Assembly (NCBI GenBank): GCA_030390025.1
Contig: CM059432.1
Span: 150,290,001-150,354,000 of the forward strand
DNA from: Squalus acanthias
Taxonomy: Eukaryota
Direction of reading: 5' to 3'
Length of the DNA: 64,000 nt
Below, in pieces: positions 52,924 through 64,000 of the stretch. The notes below the pieces were generated by a model, which did not search any database, was not told the origin of the DNA, and saw only the letters and a list, made by a program, of their open reading frames with translations. The translations under genes and the position numbers were made by a program. The stretch's first letter is position 1. Every line of letters begins with the position of its first letter.

Positions 52924-55176
52924 TAAAAATGTAACTGTTGCAATTTGGTTTCTGTCCCTACACTTTAAACTTGGGTTCACGACAAAAAGGCAGTTCCATA
53001 ACCAGACCAGTGTCTCCTATGAAATGAAACTTGCTCTCTTATGTATAACATGAATGGGAATAGCATATTTCAGGACTAACAATTACCCATTTACTCCGTA
53101 TTTTACATCGGAGATAGTGCGGGTTGTCCCATACTCTCCTGTCCACTCTGAAAGGGGAAAATGTCATGTTGTCAAATCATATTGCTCAGGGTAAAGCTAA
53201 TTGTTATAATCTTGTACATAACTAAGGGTTATGTACGAGAATATAATTACACAGAAGGAAATTAATATATCCAGTAACTAGCAGTACAGTATTTGACTAA
53301 CAACAGTTAAGCTGCTCTGAAACTAAATAGGAGTCCAAAATATTAGAAGTTCCATTCAGAATCTATTAACTAATTTCTGGTAAACATAGCATTGGAACTA
53401 AACTGCACGGAGCTCCTTCACCTGCCTCAATGTGTAAACTGGTAGGCAAGCAGTAAACTATAGATAGCAGGAAAAACAGCACTTGTACAATTTCGAAGGC
53501 AAGATTCGACACTCCAGAATAAAGAAGCTCTTTAACTAGGCAGGCAATCATGTTATTAGTCAATTCTACCACTCAGGTAGACAGAGTGTGAACAGCAGTT
53601 TCCCAGCTGTTGTGGAATTTTTTTAAATTTATGACACCTCTTCAGTCGATAAAATATTGCATAGTGTAATTTCAAATTGTGTGAAACTCCACTGATGGTT
53701 CAGCAGTTCTCATCCAACTGGCAGCCTTCCTACATTAACATTTGAATGACACAAGGTTCACCAGCAAGGCTAGTTGGACCCTTTTTGAGATGCATATGTT
53801 TTTAGATGACTGAGTATACTATTTACCCCGATATCAAGATAAAGGGTCTCTCTTTAAAAATATACAATGACCTGAAGTCCATTTTAAATGCACAGCATTT
53901 TGCCTGGCTAAGCTAAAAAAAGACTCAGAAATTATACTGTTTGAGGCATGATGGAGTTCTGCAAAACAGTGTAATTTACAAATTATTTACACCCATAACA
54001 TAAGTTTAAATGCAAACTTCCAATTACAAATTCATGTTGTTAGAATCGGGAATAATATAACAAAATTGGCACTGCTCTAACCATGACAACAGTCATTACC
54101 TTTCAGATAACAATTGGATGTACAGATTGTAAAGGTTTTCTTATGAATAATTTAGAAATATGATGCGTGCATCATTAAAGGGCCTTTCATTATTTGAATT
54201 TAGGATTCTTCCTTGGGATTTTTGTGCTATTCTTAATCTTCATACAAAAGCTACATTTTGGTGGATACTGTTCAAAGCTATAAATACTGGAGTAGTACCC
54301 AATGATTGGAGGATGGCATATGTAGCTCCAATATTCAAAAAGGAGTGAGGCATGAGCCTGGTAATGCAGGTTGGTTCCAGCACGGAAGGATACTCCTCGG
54401 CCCATTGTCAGAGTGACGACTCTCTGCTAGTAAAAATCCAAATAAATCCTTCTTCTCTCCCATCATCTGCTGCTTCAAATGTTTACCTACTCTTGCCTTA
54501 AAAGATTCAATAGTCTCGCCCTCAACCACTCCCTATAGCTAAGCATTCCATTATCTTAAGAACTTTCTAAGTAAAGAAATAAGGAATAAAGACATTTCTT
54601 CTAATCTTTCTCCTCACTCTCAGTGGTAAATTTAAATTGATGATCCCACATCACCAACTTCCCAACCACAGGAAATAGTTTTTTTCCCTATTCACTCTAT
54701 TGAATTTCTTCATAAAAGTCAATAGTTAAGCATTTAATTTTTGGAGGATAAATCACATATTCATGATTTGAAGCTATCATTGAATAATTATCAAGGTCTT
54801 CAACATTATTTATTAATGCACGATTTACTGACCCATAAAGGAAAACTTTATGAATAGACAGAAGAAAGAAGATGGTGTGTGCACAATTTCCCAACATACG
54901 CTCCTGATGAATGCGTGCATTTGTAACATTTACCCTACAATGTCCGTCTAATAAATAGTTCAACACATAAGGGTAGGTTTTACTCATTGGTACTCCCAGC
55001 ACAGAGCTTCGCACACCAGTAAGGCACATCTGGAACTTGGGCATGGTGCCCTGCAAGATTTTGCATCCATTAAAATGAACGGAAAGAAAATGCTGTAAGA
55101 TGTGCATTTCACAGACTGTGTAACGGAGCATTACAAAGCCTTTTTTTGGTGATATGGGGTATGGAAGCATGTCATG

Positions 55177-55666
55177 AACATAGAAACATAGAAAAATAGG
55201 AGCAGGAGTAGGCCATTCGACCCTTCGAGCCTGCTCTGCCATTCAATATGATCATGGCTGATCCTCTATCTCAATACCATATTCCCGCTCTCTCCCCATA
55301 CCCCTTGATGCCTTTTGTGTCTAGAAATCTATCTGTCTCCTTCTTAAATATATTCAGTGGAAGAGAATTCCACAGGTTCACCACCATCTAAGTGAAGAAA
55401 TTTCTCCTCATCTCAGTCCTAAATGTCCTACCCCGTATCCTGAGACTGTGACCCCTCGTTCTAGACCCCCCAGCCAGGGGCAACATCCTCCCTGCATCCA
55501 GTCTGTCTAGCCCTGTCAGAATTTTATACGTTTCAATGAGATCCCCTCTCAATCTTCTAAACTCTAGAGAATAGAGGCCTAGTCGACCCAATCTCTCCTC
55601 ATACGAATCAGTCTGGTGAACCTTCGCTGCACTCCCCCTATGGTAAGTATATCCTTTCTTAGGTAA
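55177..55666 (-). mobile_element. CR1 3'-end fragment
   Basis: YEERLGRLGLYSLEFRRLRGDLIETYKIL; tail TTTCTATGTTTCTATGTT on the minus strand. Confidence 0.9.
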
Positions 55667-57981
55667 GGAACATGGTGAACATTCTCTCAACACCAAAACT
55701 AGCACGGCTGGACGTAAGAAAAAGGTTCCACAGCTTAAGGAAGCGCACAAAGTTACATCATAGATATCACTGTAAAGTAGTTATACAGGGCATAGATGTA
55801 TGGAAAGCTGTATTTGTAAAAGATGTTTGCAAAAACAAAATGTACTGACACACAGAACTGTTAAGAAGGTGAAAAAGAGAAAGTACTGTAGGAAATTATT
55901 TCCATGGAATAAATCACCCCCTCTCAATTCCCACTGTTCTTATGTTTAAAAGCAAAGTTCACATATAATCAGAAGGTGCAAAAAGTAGTCCCCGCATTAC
56001 TGATCCTAGATGAGGAAATTATTATTGCACAGGAGAGCACTTTGAAGGTATGGGGTCAGTGCAGGTTGATTCATATATATGATTTGTATTCATCTATCCA
56101 CACCCAATAATTGTAGTCAAGCACATAATGCAGCATATAATGAAAATACAGCATCCAGATGGATAAATTAGCTTATTTACTCATAATGTACCATCCACAG
56201 AGAAAGAAGAGCCTAGTCACTCTCAAGCAAACCTGAAGAGCAACATGCACCTGGGCATCAACTTTCACCACCTCCACCTGAAGCAGTCACCACCACCAAT
56301 ACACATAGTTATGGGGGAAGTACATAGTGATGTTCAGGAGGAATCGCAGGTGAGGCACAGCGTGCACTGCTGAAGGGGCAGCAATGGTGATGGTTAATGA
56401 GCAGCTAGCTGGTGCAGGGTGGCCATCCTCTATGTTTGGCATCCTCTTGCATTGCAATGGGATACAGACCTTATTGGGCAGGTTTTGAAATTGAGGCTGT
56501 AACAGCAGCAGCAATCTACTGAGCAATCACTTTCCTCCTTGCAAACAGCAGTGAAAGTTGGTCTGGCAGTGTGGGGCAGTCGAACAACCAGATATGCAAT
56601 GCCAGATCCCACAACACTAATTCCAGAGAGGAATGGTTGGCTGCACTTTAGTCTGCAATTGATCATAAGGCAACATCTGCAGTGGTGACTTTAGTCACAG
56701 AGGTAATAGGCACGTCAGAAATATCTCTCATCAGTGATCTCACTGCTGCTACAGAAGTTATGGCTCCAAACTACAAGCTGTAGTCATGGCCAGCCTCAAC
56801 TCTCTTGGAGAATAGTTACAGGCAGTGCGAGGGAGAAATTCAGAAAAATTAAAGGTTGCCTAATGTTCTGTGCTCTGACAGAGATCAATATCAAATGGGA
56901 AGATCATTTCACCTTTCCTATCTCATCCACCCAGAAAGAACTTAACAATCCCTCGTCACAGCATCTAGCTGTTTCTTAAATGACTCTAGGTTCTCTGGTA
57001 GTCCATTTCACATAATGACCACTATGTGTGTGAAGAAAAAAGTCCTAAATTCCCCTACATTTGCCATTAGCTAGTTGGAACCTGTGTGCTTTGAAGTAGT
57101 GATCAAGATTTAACTTTTCTATACCATTTACCATGGTATATATGTCTATGAGGTCCTCTCTCAGTTGCCTCATTTCAAGGCAGAAAAGTCCATGTTTCTC
57201 CAGTCTTCTTTATAACTCAGTCCTGTGACATTAAGCATTAGTCTTGGGTAAGTCAGCATAGCGAGGAGATGCCCTCAAGTAGAGGCATGCATGGAGTAGT
57301 ATGGTAGCAGTTAACTAGCCCTCAATTTATTGGCAGTTTTGAAAAAGAGCCTACACCTGAGATGTTAAGTTGTCTTTTCTCTTTACAGATGCTGATGGAC
57401 CTACGGTGCATTTCCAGCATTTTTTGCTTTGATTTTACATTATTATCTGTAAATTACATAGGAAAATAAAAAGCATCACATTCTAACCTTTTAGATTTCC
57501 TAGTTTTTTTTTAACCACAAATTAAAATACTTTTGACTCAATTCAGTTTAATAGTGATGATATTTAAAATTGCACATTTATTATGAACAGTAAGTGGGGG
57601 CAAACAGTATCGTAAATTTCAGGCTTAAATTAAACATATCCTTTTTATCTATGGGAGTTACTTTCACTGACAAATGGATTATTACTCCTCTCTAAAGGTA
57701 CCTGCAGGTCATCTCATTTGAAGCTTGAATGTGCAAGTTTGTATTAGTCCACATAAAGAAGTAAGATGCTTTCACAACACAAGGTGAATCAGAGCAAGCA
57801 CAGCAACATGAAACGCAAGGCTGCCATTCACTCTAGCACTTATGCTTCTAACTGGCAACTAAAATACTGACTTTGTAAAGACTAACACAGTTTCACTGCT
57901 ACATCCAAGAACAATCACATGGATATGAATTTATTGCACCATTTCAGCTTTGACATGCAGCTGCACTGAAGATGGCCCTAC

Positions 57982-58023
57982 CTTTGCTCTTTTTCTCTGC
58001 TGCCCCTGGTTTACCGTTCGTTT
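57982..58023 (-). CDS. ARPP21: ARPP21-like coding exon 2 (KRTVNQGQQRKRAK, 42 nt)
   Basis: gctgcacag|AAACGA...GCAAAG|gtaggg, phase 0/0. Same length and position as the mammalian RRLEAQNQERRKSK segment. Confidence 0.85.
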
Positions 58024-58577
58024 CTGTGCAGCAAATTACAAACAATTGTCACTCATTGGACAAAGAAAATGAGAAATGTCATGGTTTTAATGATATGATT
58101 TTTGTTTCAATGAAATGTTGTAGTATAGCTTCATCGATTATGATAACATTTGCAACCTGCTCTACAGAATAAAGTTAATACGGCATAGTCATGTTCGTTA
58201 ATTTCTGATTAAAGAAACATAATTTGAGGATAGCTATGGAATCTTATTCCGTATTTTCTCACAGTTCCAAAAAGGCGTTAATCCAAATTATACTTACTAT
58301 TGGAATTTCTTTTCGCTATAATCAAAAGCCAAGTACTTTACTTATCGAATGCAAACATCAAAGTTACAATTTTTAGCAACAATGCAAACAAAACCACCGT
58401 ACAAACAAAACAAAAGCCTGTGTCTTACTTGTACCAGCAGGTCAAATTGATAATTTAGTAGAACAGATGAAGCATACACAAAGACAAAATGAAATGATCC
58501 TGTATTATTAAGAGTACATTAATCAATAGAATTAGCAGTTGGACGTACAGGCACTCATATCCCATGGGCCACCTCAC

Positions 58578-58754
58578 CTGATGGTCAGCCTTTGTGTCAT
58601 TTGCTTTATCTTCTTTTTCCTTCTCTTTCTCCTCTACCTCCAAGCTTTCAGTTCTAATGATGCACGTCTCTGGAGAGGGTGGAGAAATCTCAGTTTCTTG
58701 CTCATTTCCAGCTTCCTCCACTGTCTCTTGGTTCAATATGCCTTTCTCAGACAT
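58578..58754 (-). CDS. ARPP21: ARPP21-like, first coding exon (MSEKGILNQETVEEAGNEQETE...KADHQ, 59 aa)
   Basis: Resembles the human ARPP21 N-terminus (MSEQGDLNQAIAEEGGTEQET..., from memory). ATG at 58754-58752; donor CAG|gtgagg at 58578/58577 (phase 0); upstream acceptor cccatag| at 58795/58794. Confidence 0.9.
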
Positions 58755-60705
58755 TCTCACAGAAAAGAATTACACAAGTAGAAGATGCAGTGACCTATGG
58801 GGTCAAAACATCAAAAAACAGAGTATTTTATTCCCAGAATGAGTCTCCGCATTTCCTTTTGACATTTATTCTGCAGAAAATTATTATAGTTGCCCATTTG
58901 AAACAAATTCCATGTTGTATACACAGCACAATATAAATTCAACACATCACCATTCAATTCCGAATGTAATAATTCAAACAAATATGAAAGATACATTTGG
59001 CAAGTCAACCCGTGGCCAACGTTATTAGACATCAAACTGACAGCTCTATTATTAATACTATAAGCCTCATTTCAAATTCCTTGTCAGTTTCGTGTTTGTG
59101 AAACTCCAGCAAGAAAATGTTAGCGAACTCAAATGTAGACCTGTTAATGCTAGTGCATTTTCTGGAAGCTCAATGGGAAATTACTTTTCAACCTCATCAA
59201 TTGATTCCAAAATGAATACCTTGAATTATTTAGGTTTGCATGCACACATTCTGGGCAACAAGATCAAATTAAATTATTGTGGTGCAAGGTTGATTGCTCA
59301 CTTCAAGAATAACATTACCTGTTACATGTGAATGCTAAAAATAAGATTCACCTTCACTGTATATAAGAGGACCCGATATCTTCCTTTAAAGTTGAACTGC
59401 CTGATTGTTTGTGTCAGTTATCCTCATAACTAAATCTCCCACAGATGCTAGACCATATGAAAATCTCAACAGGATGTCTCATACACCAGCTGAAGTGTCA
59501 TGGACAGCAAGATATGAAGCAGAAACTGTTGGGAAAGAATACCGTAGTTCTAAAATTATTGTCAGCAGAGAAGAAGACACTTGCACTCCTATTGTCTGCC
59601 TTATTTGTTGCAAATCCATATGAATCTACAGGCCCTCGTCATAAGTGAAAGAATAGGTGCAATATATTAATGCACTCTTTATTGCTTGATTGTGTATGGC
59701 TACACCCTTGTGTAAACAAGAACATTGTTCAGTTTTTATGACATCACACTAGTAGCAATGTCTTCACTGTATTGCTTATAAATGTAAAAATAGTGCAATA
59801 ATGTTAGCAGTGGGTTTAACAAATACTGCTGTCAAATGCATGGAATTAAGCAACAGTGTCCATTTCTCAGGGGCAAATGCAAGGCAAACAATCCCTGAAA
59901 CCTACCTATTGGGCTGAATCTACAGGAAAACTTGTCTAAAGAATGCATTTTGTTACTACAACAAAAAACTGTTTCAGAACAATCAAATTAACTTGATAAC
60001 ATTATCTGGAAAAAACTGATGGTATAAATTGAGTGTTTTGTTAGCTGTTCTGACATCGTGTGACAATTCTACATTGAGAATTGTTAATACATCAATAATC
60101 ATGGGTCAGACCAAGCATGTGTAACAGAAAATTAACATATTTTTGCCAATGCAACTCTCTCTGAAGATCCTATAAAATTAAACATTTCATTCAATACAGC
60201 ACGGTGTAAAATTATAGCAACTACATTTGGATTCAAAGGGGGAGAAATTCGGCATGTTAGCGCTAACGGGATGCAAATGGGTTTGCGGCGGGGCACGGCG
60301 AATCCAACGCCACAGGCAAAATTCACCCGGGATTTAGCGCTGGCGCTAACAGTTAGCGCCTAGGCCTTTAGCGCCTGGCAGATCGTGACGTCAATGAGTT
60401 TGGAACGCCCTGTTAACGGCCCAGATGCAAAATTGACTGTCGCCCCCTGCCTTAGTGCCTGGTGTGAACAATGGCAGGAAGAGGAGGCATGATGCAGTCG
60501 GATGGCCGCTATAGGAGCGGTATTTAAAGGGACCAACATCCGCTTTCATTTTAGTGGCCAATCAATGCTGCCTTCTCAGTTTCACACAGCGAAACAGCCG
60601 TTTTCAGTGAGTTACATGTTTCTTACTTTCAGGAGTGTTCCGCCTGCTAAAAAATTGTCACTTTCATTCTGCTAAGATTTCAAAGTCCTACACTTGGTTA
60701 CATTA

Positions 60706-61840
60706 ATGGGGGCTGTACTGGCACTCGACCTCACCCTCCAGCATCAACATTGGAGGCAGAGACGAGATGGAAAATGTGGCCAGAGGGAGGAGGGTCAACA
60801 GGGCTCTCAACAGGAGGCTTTACCCTCCCAGGGTATTCCAGGAACACTTCTCCCACGTAAATGTAACGGAGGAGCAGTGTCTTAGAAGGCTCCGCTTCAC
60901 CAAGGAGGTGGTCACAGAGCTCTGCCACCTCCTGCAGCCAGACTTCGAGCCTCAGATCAGGACCACCACGGCTCTCTCAGGGGCAGTCAAGATCACCGTC
61001 GCCCTCAATTTCTATGCCAGTGGATCCTTCCAGTCTGCAGCAGGAGACATAGCTAACATCTTGAATTTCGCTGTTCATTGCTGCATCCAGGAGGTCACTG
61101 AGGCTCTCTACAGAAGGAGAAGGGACTACATTTCCTTCCCCACCACCAGAGAGAAGCAGGACGAGCATGCACGTGGCTTTGACAGGATAGCAGGCTTCCC
61201 CATGGTGCAGGGCGCCATTGACTGCACCCACGTTGCTTTGCGGGCACCCCATAACAATCCTGAGGTCTTTCATAACCGCAAAGGCTACCACTCACTTAAT
61301 CTCCAGTTGGTGTGCGACCACACACGGCGAATCCTCACCGTCAATGCCCGCTATCCTGGCAGCAGCCACGATGCCTTCATCCTGCGCCAGACCGGTGTGC
61401 CAGCACTCTTCCAGCCACCACATCAAGCTCGCAGCTGGCTGGTTGGAAACAAGGGCTAGCCCCTCTCCACCTGGCTCATGACTCCCCTCCGCAACCCCAA
61501 CATCACTGCCCAGCACTCATATAATGAGAGCCATGCCACCACCAGGAACATCATTGAGCAGACCATTGGAGTGCTCAAGCAACGTGCCGCTGTCTTGACC
61601 ACGGGAGGAGCCCTCCAGTACTCGGCTGAGTGGGTGTCCCTTTTCGACATGTTGTGCTGCATGCTGCACAACTTGGCCATCATGAGGGCCCAGCCATTGA
61701 CATCAGGCATAGCAAGCCCACCTCAGGAAGAGGAAGACGGAGAGGAGGAGGAGGAACAGCAGCGAGGGAGGAGGCAGCCACTCAATTGGCCTTCTGGAAG
61801 GGCAGTCCGTGACCGCCTGATGAGACTGCGGTTCCAATAA
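60706..61840 (+). pseudogene. Harbinger (HARBI1-like) transposase, nearly complete but disrupted
   Basis: GFPMVQGAIDCTHV, NRKGYHSLNLQLVCD, YPGSSHDAFIL, LVGNKG* (second catalytic D appears as N, followed by a stop at 61457), RNIIEQTIGVLK. Confidence 0.92.
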
Positions 61841-61987
61841 ATTCTACCCCACATCCCCATCATTCCATCCATTTTGCATGCCATATCACAGCGCAAAGCT
61901 GAAATGAGAGACACCACAAATTCTGCAAAATTCAATTAAGAAATTTATCAACATTCAGTAAACACATATATACAACAACAATATTAA

Positions 61988-63803
61988 CTAATCACCCTTG
62001 TGCAAACCCTTACTTCCCCTCTTTACAGTGCCTTTTCCTAATCTACTGCTCCTATGTAGTCTGTCCCCAGTGACTGCAGCAGGGCTGGTGGAAGGCTGCT
62101 GAGTGTCGGTGCCAGAGACTACAGATGGCCTTGCAGGACGCCCTCGACCAGCTCTGAGCCTGGAGGGCCCGGCTGTAGACTGCACCACCTCAGGCTGGGC
62201 GGCGGCAGTCTGGCCTGGCTGGATGACAGGCAGCGACAAGGGCAATGGTGGAGTGCCAGTGGTGGGAGCAGGAATGCTGTCATCCTGAGAGAGGACAGCA
62301 GGTTCCTGCTCGACTGACACACTGCCACTCCCCCAGGGCAGCACCTCAGCATCCCTACCAATCTGCTGGAGCACAGATTGCTGGCCTGCTGCGACACCGT
62401 GAAAGCCCTGGTGGACCCAGCGACGATGGCAGCAGTCAGAGCTTTCGTGGCATCAAGCTGAGACTGCATGAGAGCAGTCTGAGACTCGATGGCAGCAACC
62501 ATTGACTGCATTACAGCACTAAGACGTTGCGTGACTTCCACCTGTGCTGCAATGGATGCTGCCATATCGCCCATGACACGCGGCATGAGGTCTGGGTCTC
62601 CACGGTCTCTCAGGGAGTCCACCATCTTTTGCAGACTGGAAGTGATGGGCTCCATGGTGTGCGTGGAGCTCCGTGCAATGTTGGAGGCGGACTCCTCCAC
62701 GCTCCTTACCATTGCCGACAGGCTCTTGGGCACCCTTGCCATTGCACCTATGATCTCTGTGTGCATGCCCATCACCCTTCTTGTGTACGCCTCCTCATCT
62801 GAGTCCTGTGCAGCAGAACTCGCGCGCGAACTCCCCCTCCGGGGAGCTGGCTCCCGAGCTACCCTTTCCCCAGTGCATCACCCAGTGCAGACCCCTTTAC
62901 TAAACTTGCCTATAAAGATTGCGTAGTCCCAGTATCTGAGGTGGTGCCTGCGGGTGAGACATGCAGTGACGCGGTGCTTTCTTCCTCCTCCTCTTCTACC
63001 GCCTCACTCTCACTGGGAGTGAAAGCATAAAGGCACAAGACTCGTGTTAAGTTGAGGGCAGGGGGCAGGAAGGCAGCAAGGAATGCAGACAGTATAATGA
63101 GCTGGAAAGTGGGAAAAGCTTGTGGTGTGAGGGGGAAGTGGGATGAGAAAAGGAGAGGGGATGAACATACCGTTGTTGCCCCCAAGGAGGTTGACGTCGC
63201 TGACGGCCACGGTGCCCACCACCTGGCACCCAATGAATCTCAACACTCGCTCCTCTAGGTCTGTAAGCTGTTGGATGTCCGCTTCACCCCTGCCTGTTTG
63301 TTGCTGCTCCCTCCTATTGTGGCCCAGCTTGGCCTGCCAGAGAAAGGAAAGTGTATGAGTGAGTGTGCAGCTGTGTGTTTGGGAGATGTGCCTGACATAG
63401 TTGAATAGCTGTGATTGCAGGCAAGGCGTGAGATGTGGATGTGAGTTTGAGTAGGTGGAGATGCTTGGTGGGTGAGTGGTGGGGGTGTGGTGGTTTGTGC
63501 CGTGTGTACAGACTGAGGTTCAGATGCTGGTATGTGGGACTTGTTGAAGCATGTACTCACCCTGACCACCCGAGTGAGGTCATTGAATTTTTTACGGCAC
63601 TGTGTGAGGGTCCTGAGGACCACACTGCTGGCCGAGACGTCCTAGGCCACTTCCCTCCACATTGCCCTGAAGACCTGGGGCAATGGCCTCCTGCCAGTGG
63701 CCAGGTACAGCCCTACCCTCCTTCTTTCGACTATTGCGACCAATGCCTCCAATGCCTGGTTGCTGAAACGGCGAGCTCTCTCCCTGGGACTGGGATCAGC
63801 CAT
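61988..63803 (-). pseudogene. Harbinger ORF2 Myb/SANT-like protein, three exons, disrupted
   Basis: MADPSPRERARRFSNQALEALV...RTLTQCRKKFNDLTRVVR|gtgagt (~63560); exon 2 AKLGHNRREQQQTG...LEERVL (~63333-63171); exon 3 from ~63013. Confidence 0.8.
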
Positions 63804-64000
63804 GAGGATAAGAGATGTAGCTGGTGAGTTGCTTGGAGGTCGCCTTCAGAGCCAGCAATGGTGAGAATGAGGTTGTGCAGAATGAATGAACTTCCCCTTT
63901 AAGAACTGGAAGGAGCCAGTGTGAATGATGAGTTCCGATTGGAGTGCACCTGAAATTGGTTATCGCTGTGCGGGTAGCGCCCCGCTCTCTGGGCGGGTAG

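Larger units (their letters stand above)
60238..64000. mobile_element. PIF/Harbinger transposon; right end not seen in the window
   Basis: Left end GGGGGAGAAATTCGG; convergent transposase (+) and intron-containing Myb-like ORF (-). Confidence 0.9.

Noticed and set aside
60706..61840. Domesticated HARBI1 host gene
   Set aside because: It has an in-frame stop and a mutated catalytic Asp, and it sits within a transposon with its ORF2 partner.
58794..63560. Harbinger Myb exon fused in frame to ARPP21
   Set aside because: The donor phases (0 and 1) are out of frame with the ATG 40 nt into the ARPP21 exon, and the Myb exon 1 is itself disrupted.

Overview
This is eukaryotic (vertebrate) genomic DNA, most likely from a cartilaginous fish. 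That assignment is inferred from the repeat families (shark-type CR1, Deu-domain SINEs, Penelope-like elements, Harbinger) and was not confirmed by a search. The window covers the 5' coding part of an ARPP21-like gene on the minus strand. Six short coding exons with canonical GT-AG sites splice in frame from the ATG at 58754 to the start of the R3H domain at 4833, and the gene continues beyond position 1. The introns are filled with mostly dead transposable elements: several CR1 LINEs (one apparently 5'-complete, with a 44-bp monomer array and a second CR1 nested inside it), L2, two Penelope-like elements and their hammerhead-ribozyme-bearing terminal fragments, three Harbinger elements plus MITEs, a hAT fossil and SINEs. 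Most ORF-track entries are TE fragments or noise. There are no prokaryotic features such as CRISPR arrays or operons. I cannot demonstrate a wholly new system. The best leads are the Ser-to-Ala change at the canonical ARPP-21 PKA site, TSD-flanked fold-back Penelope mini-elements (one with two intact hammerhead cores), the CR1 5' monomer array, and candidate short-isoform terminal exons.
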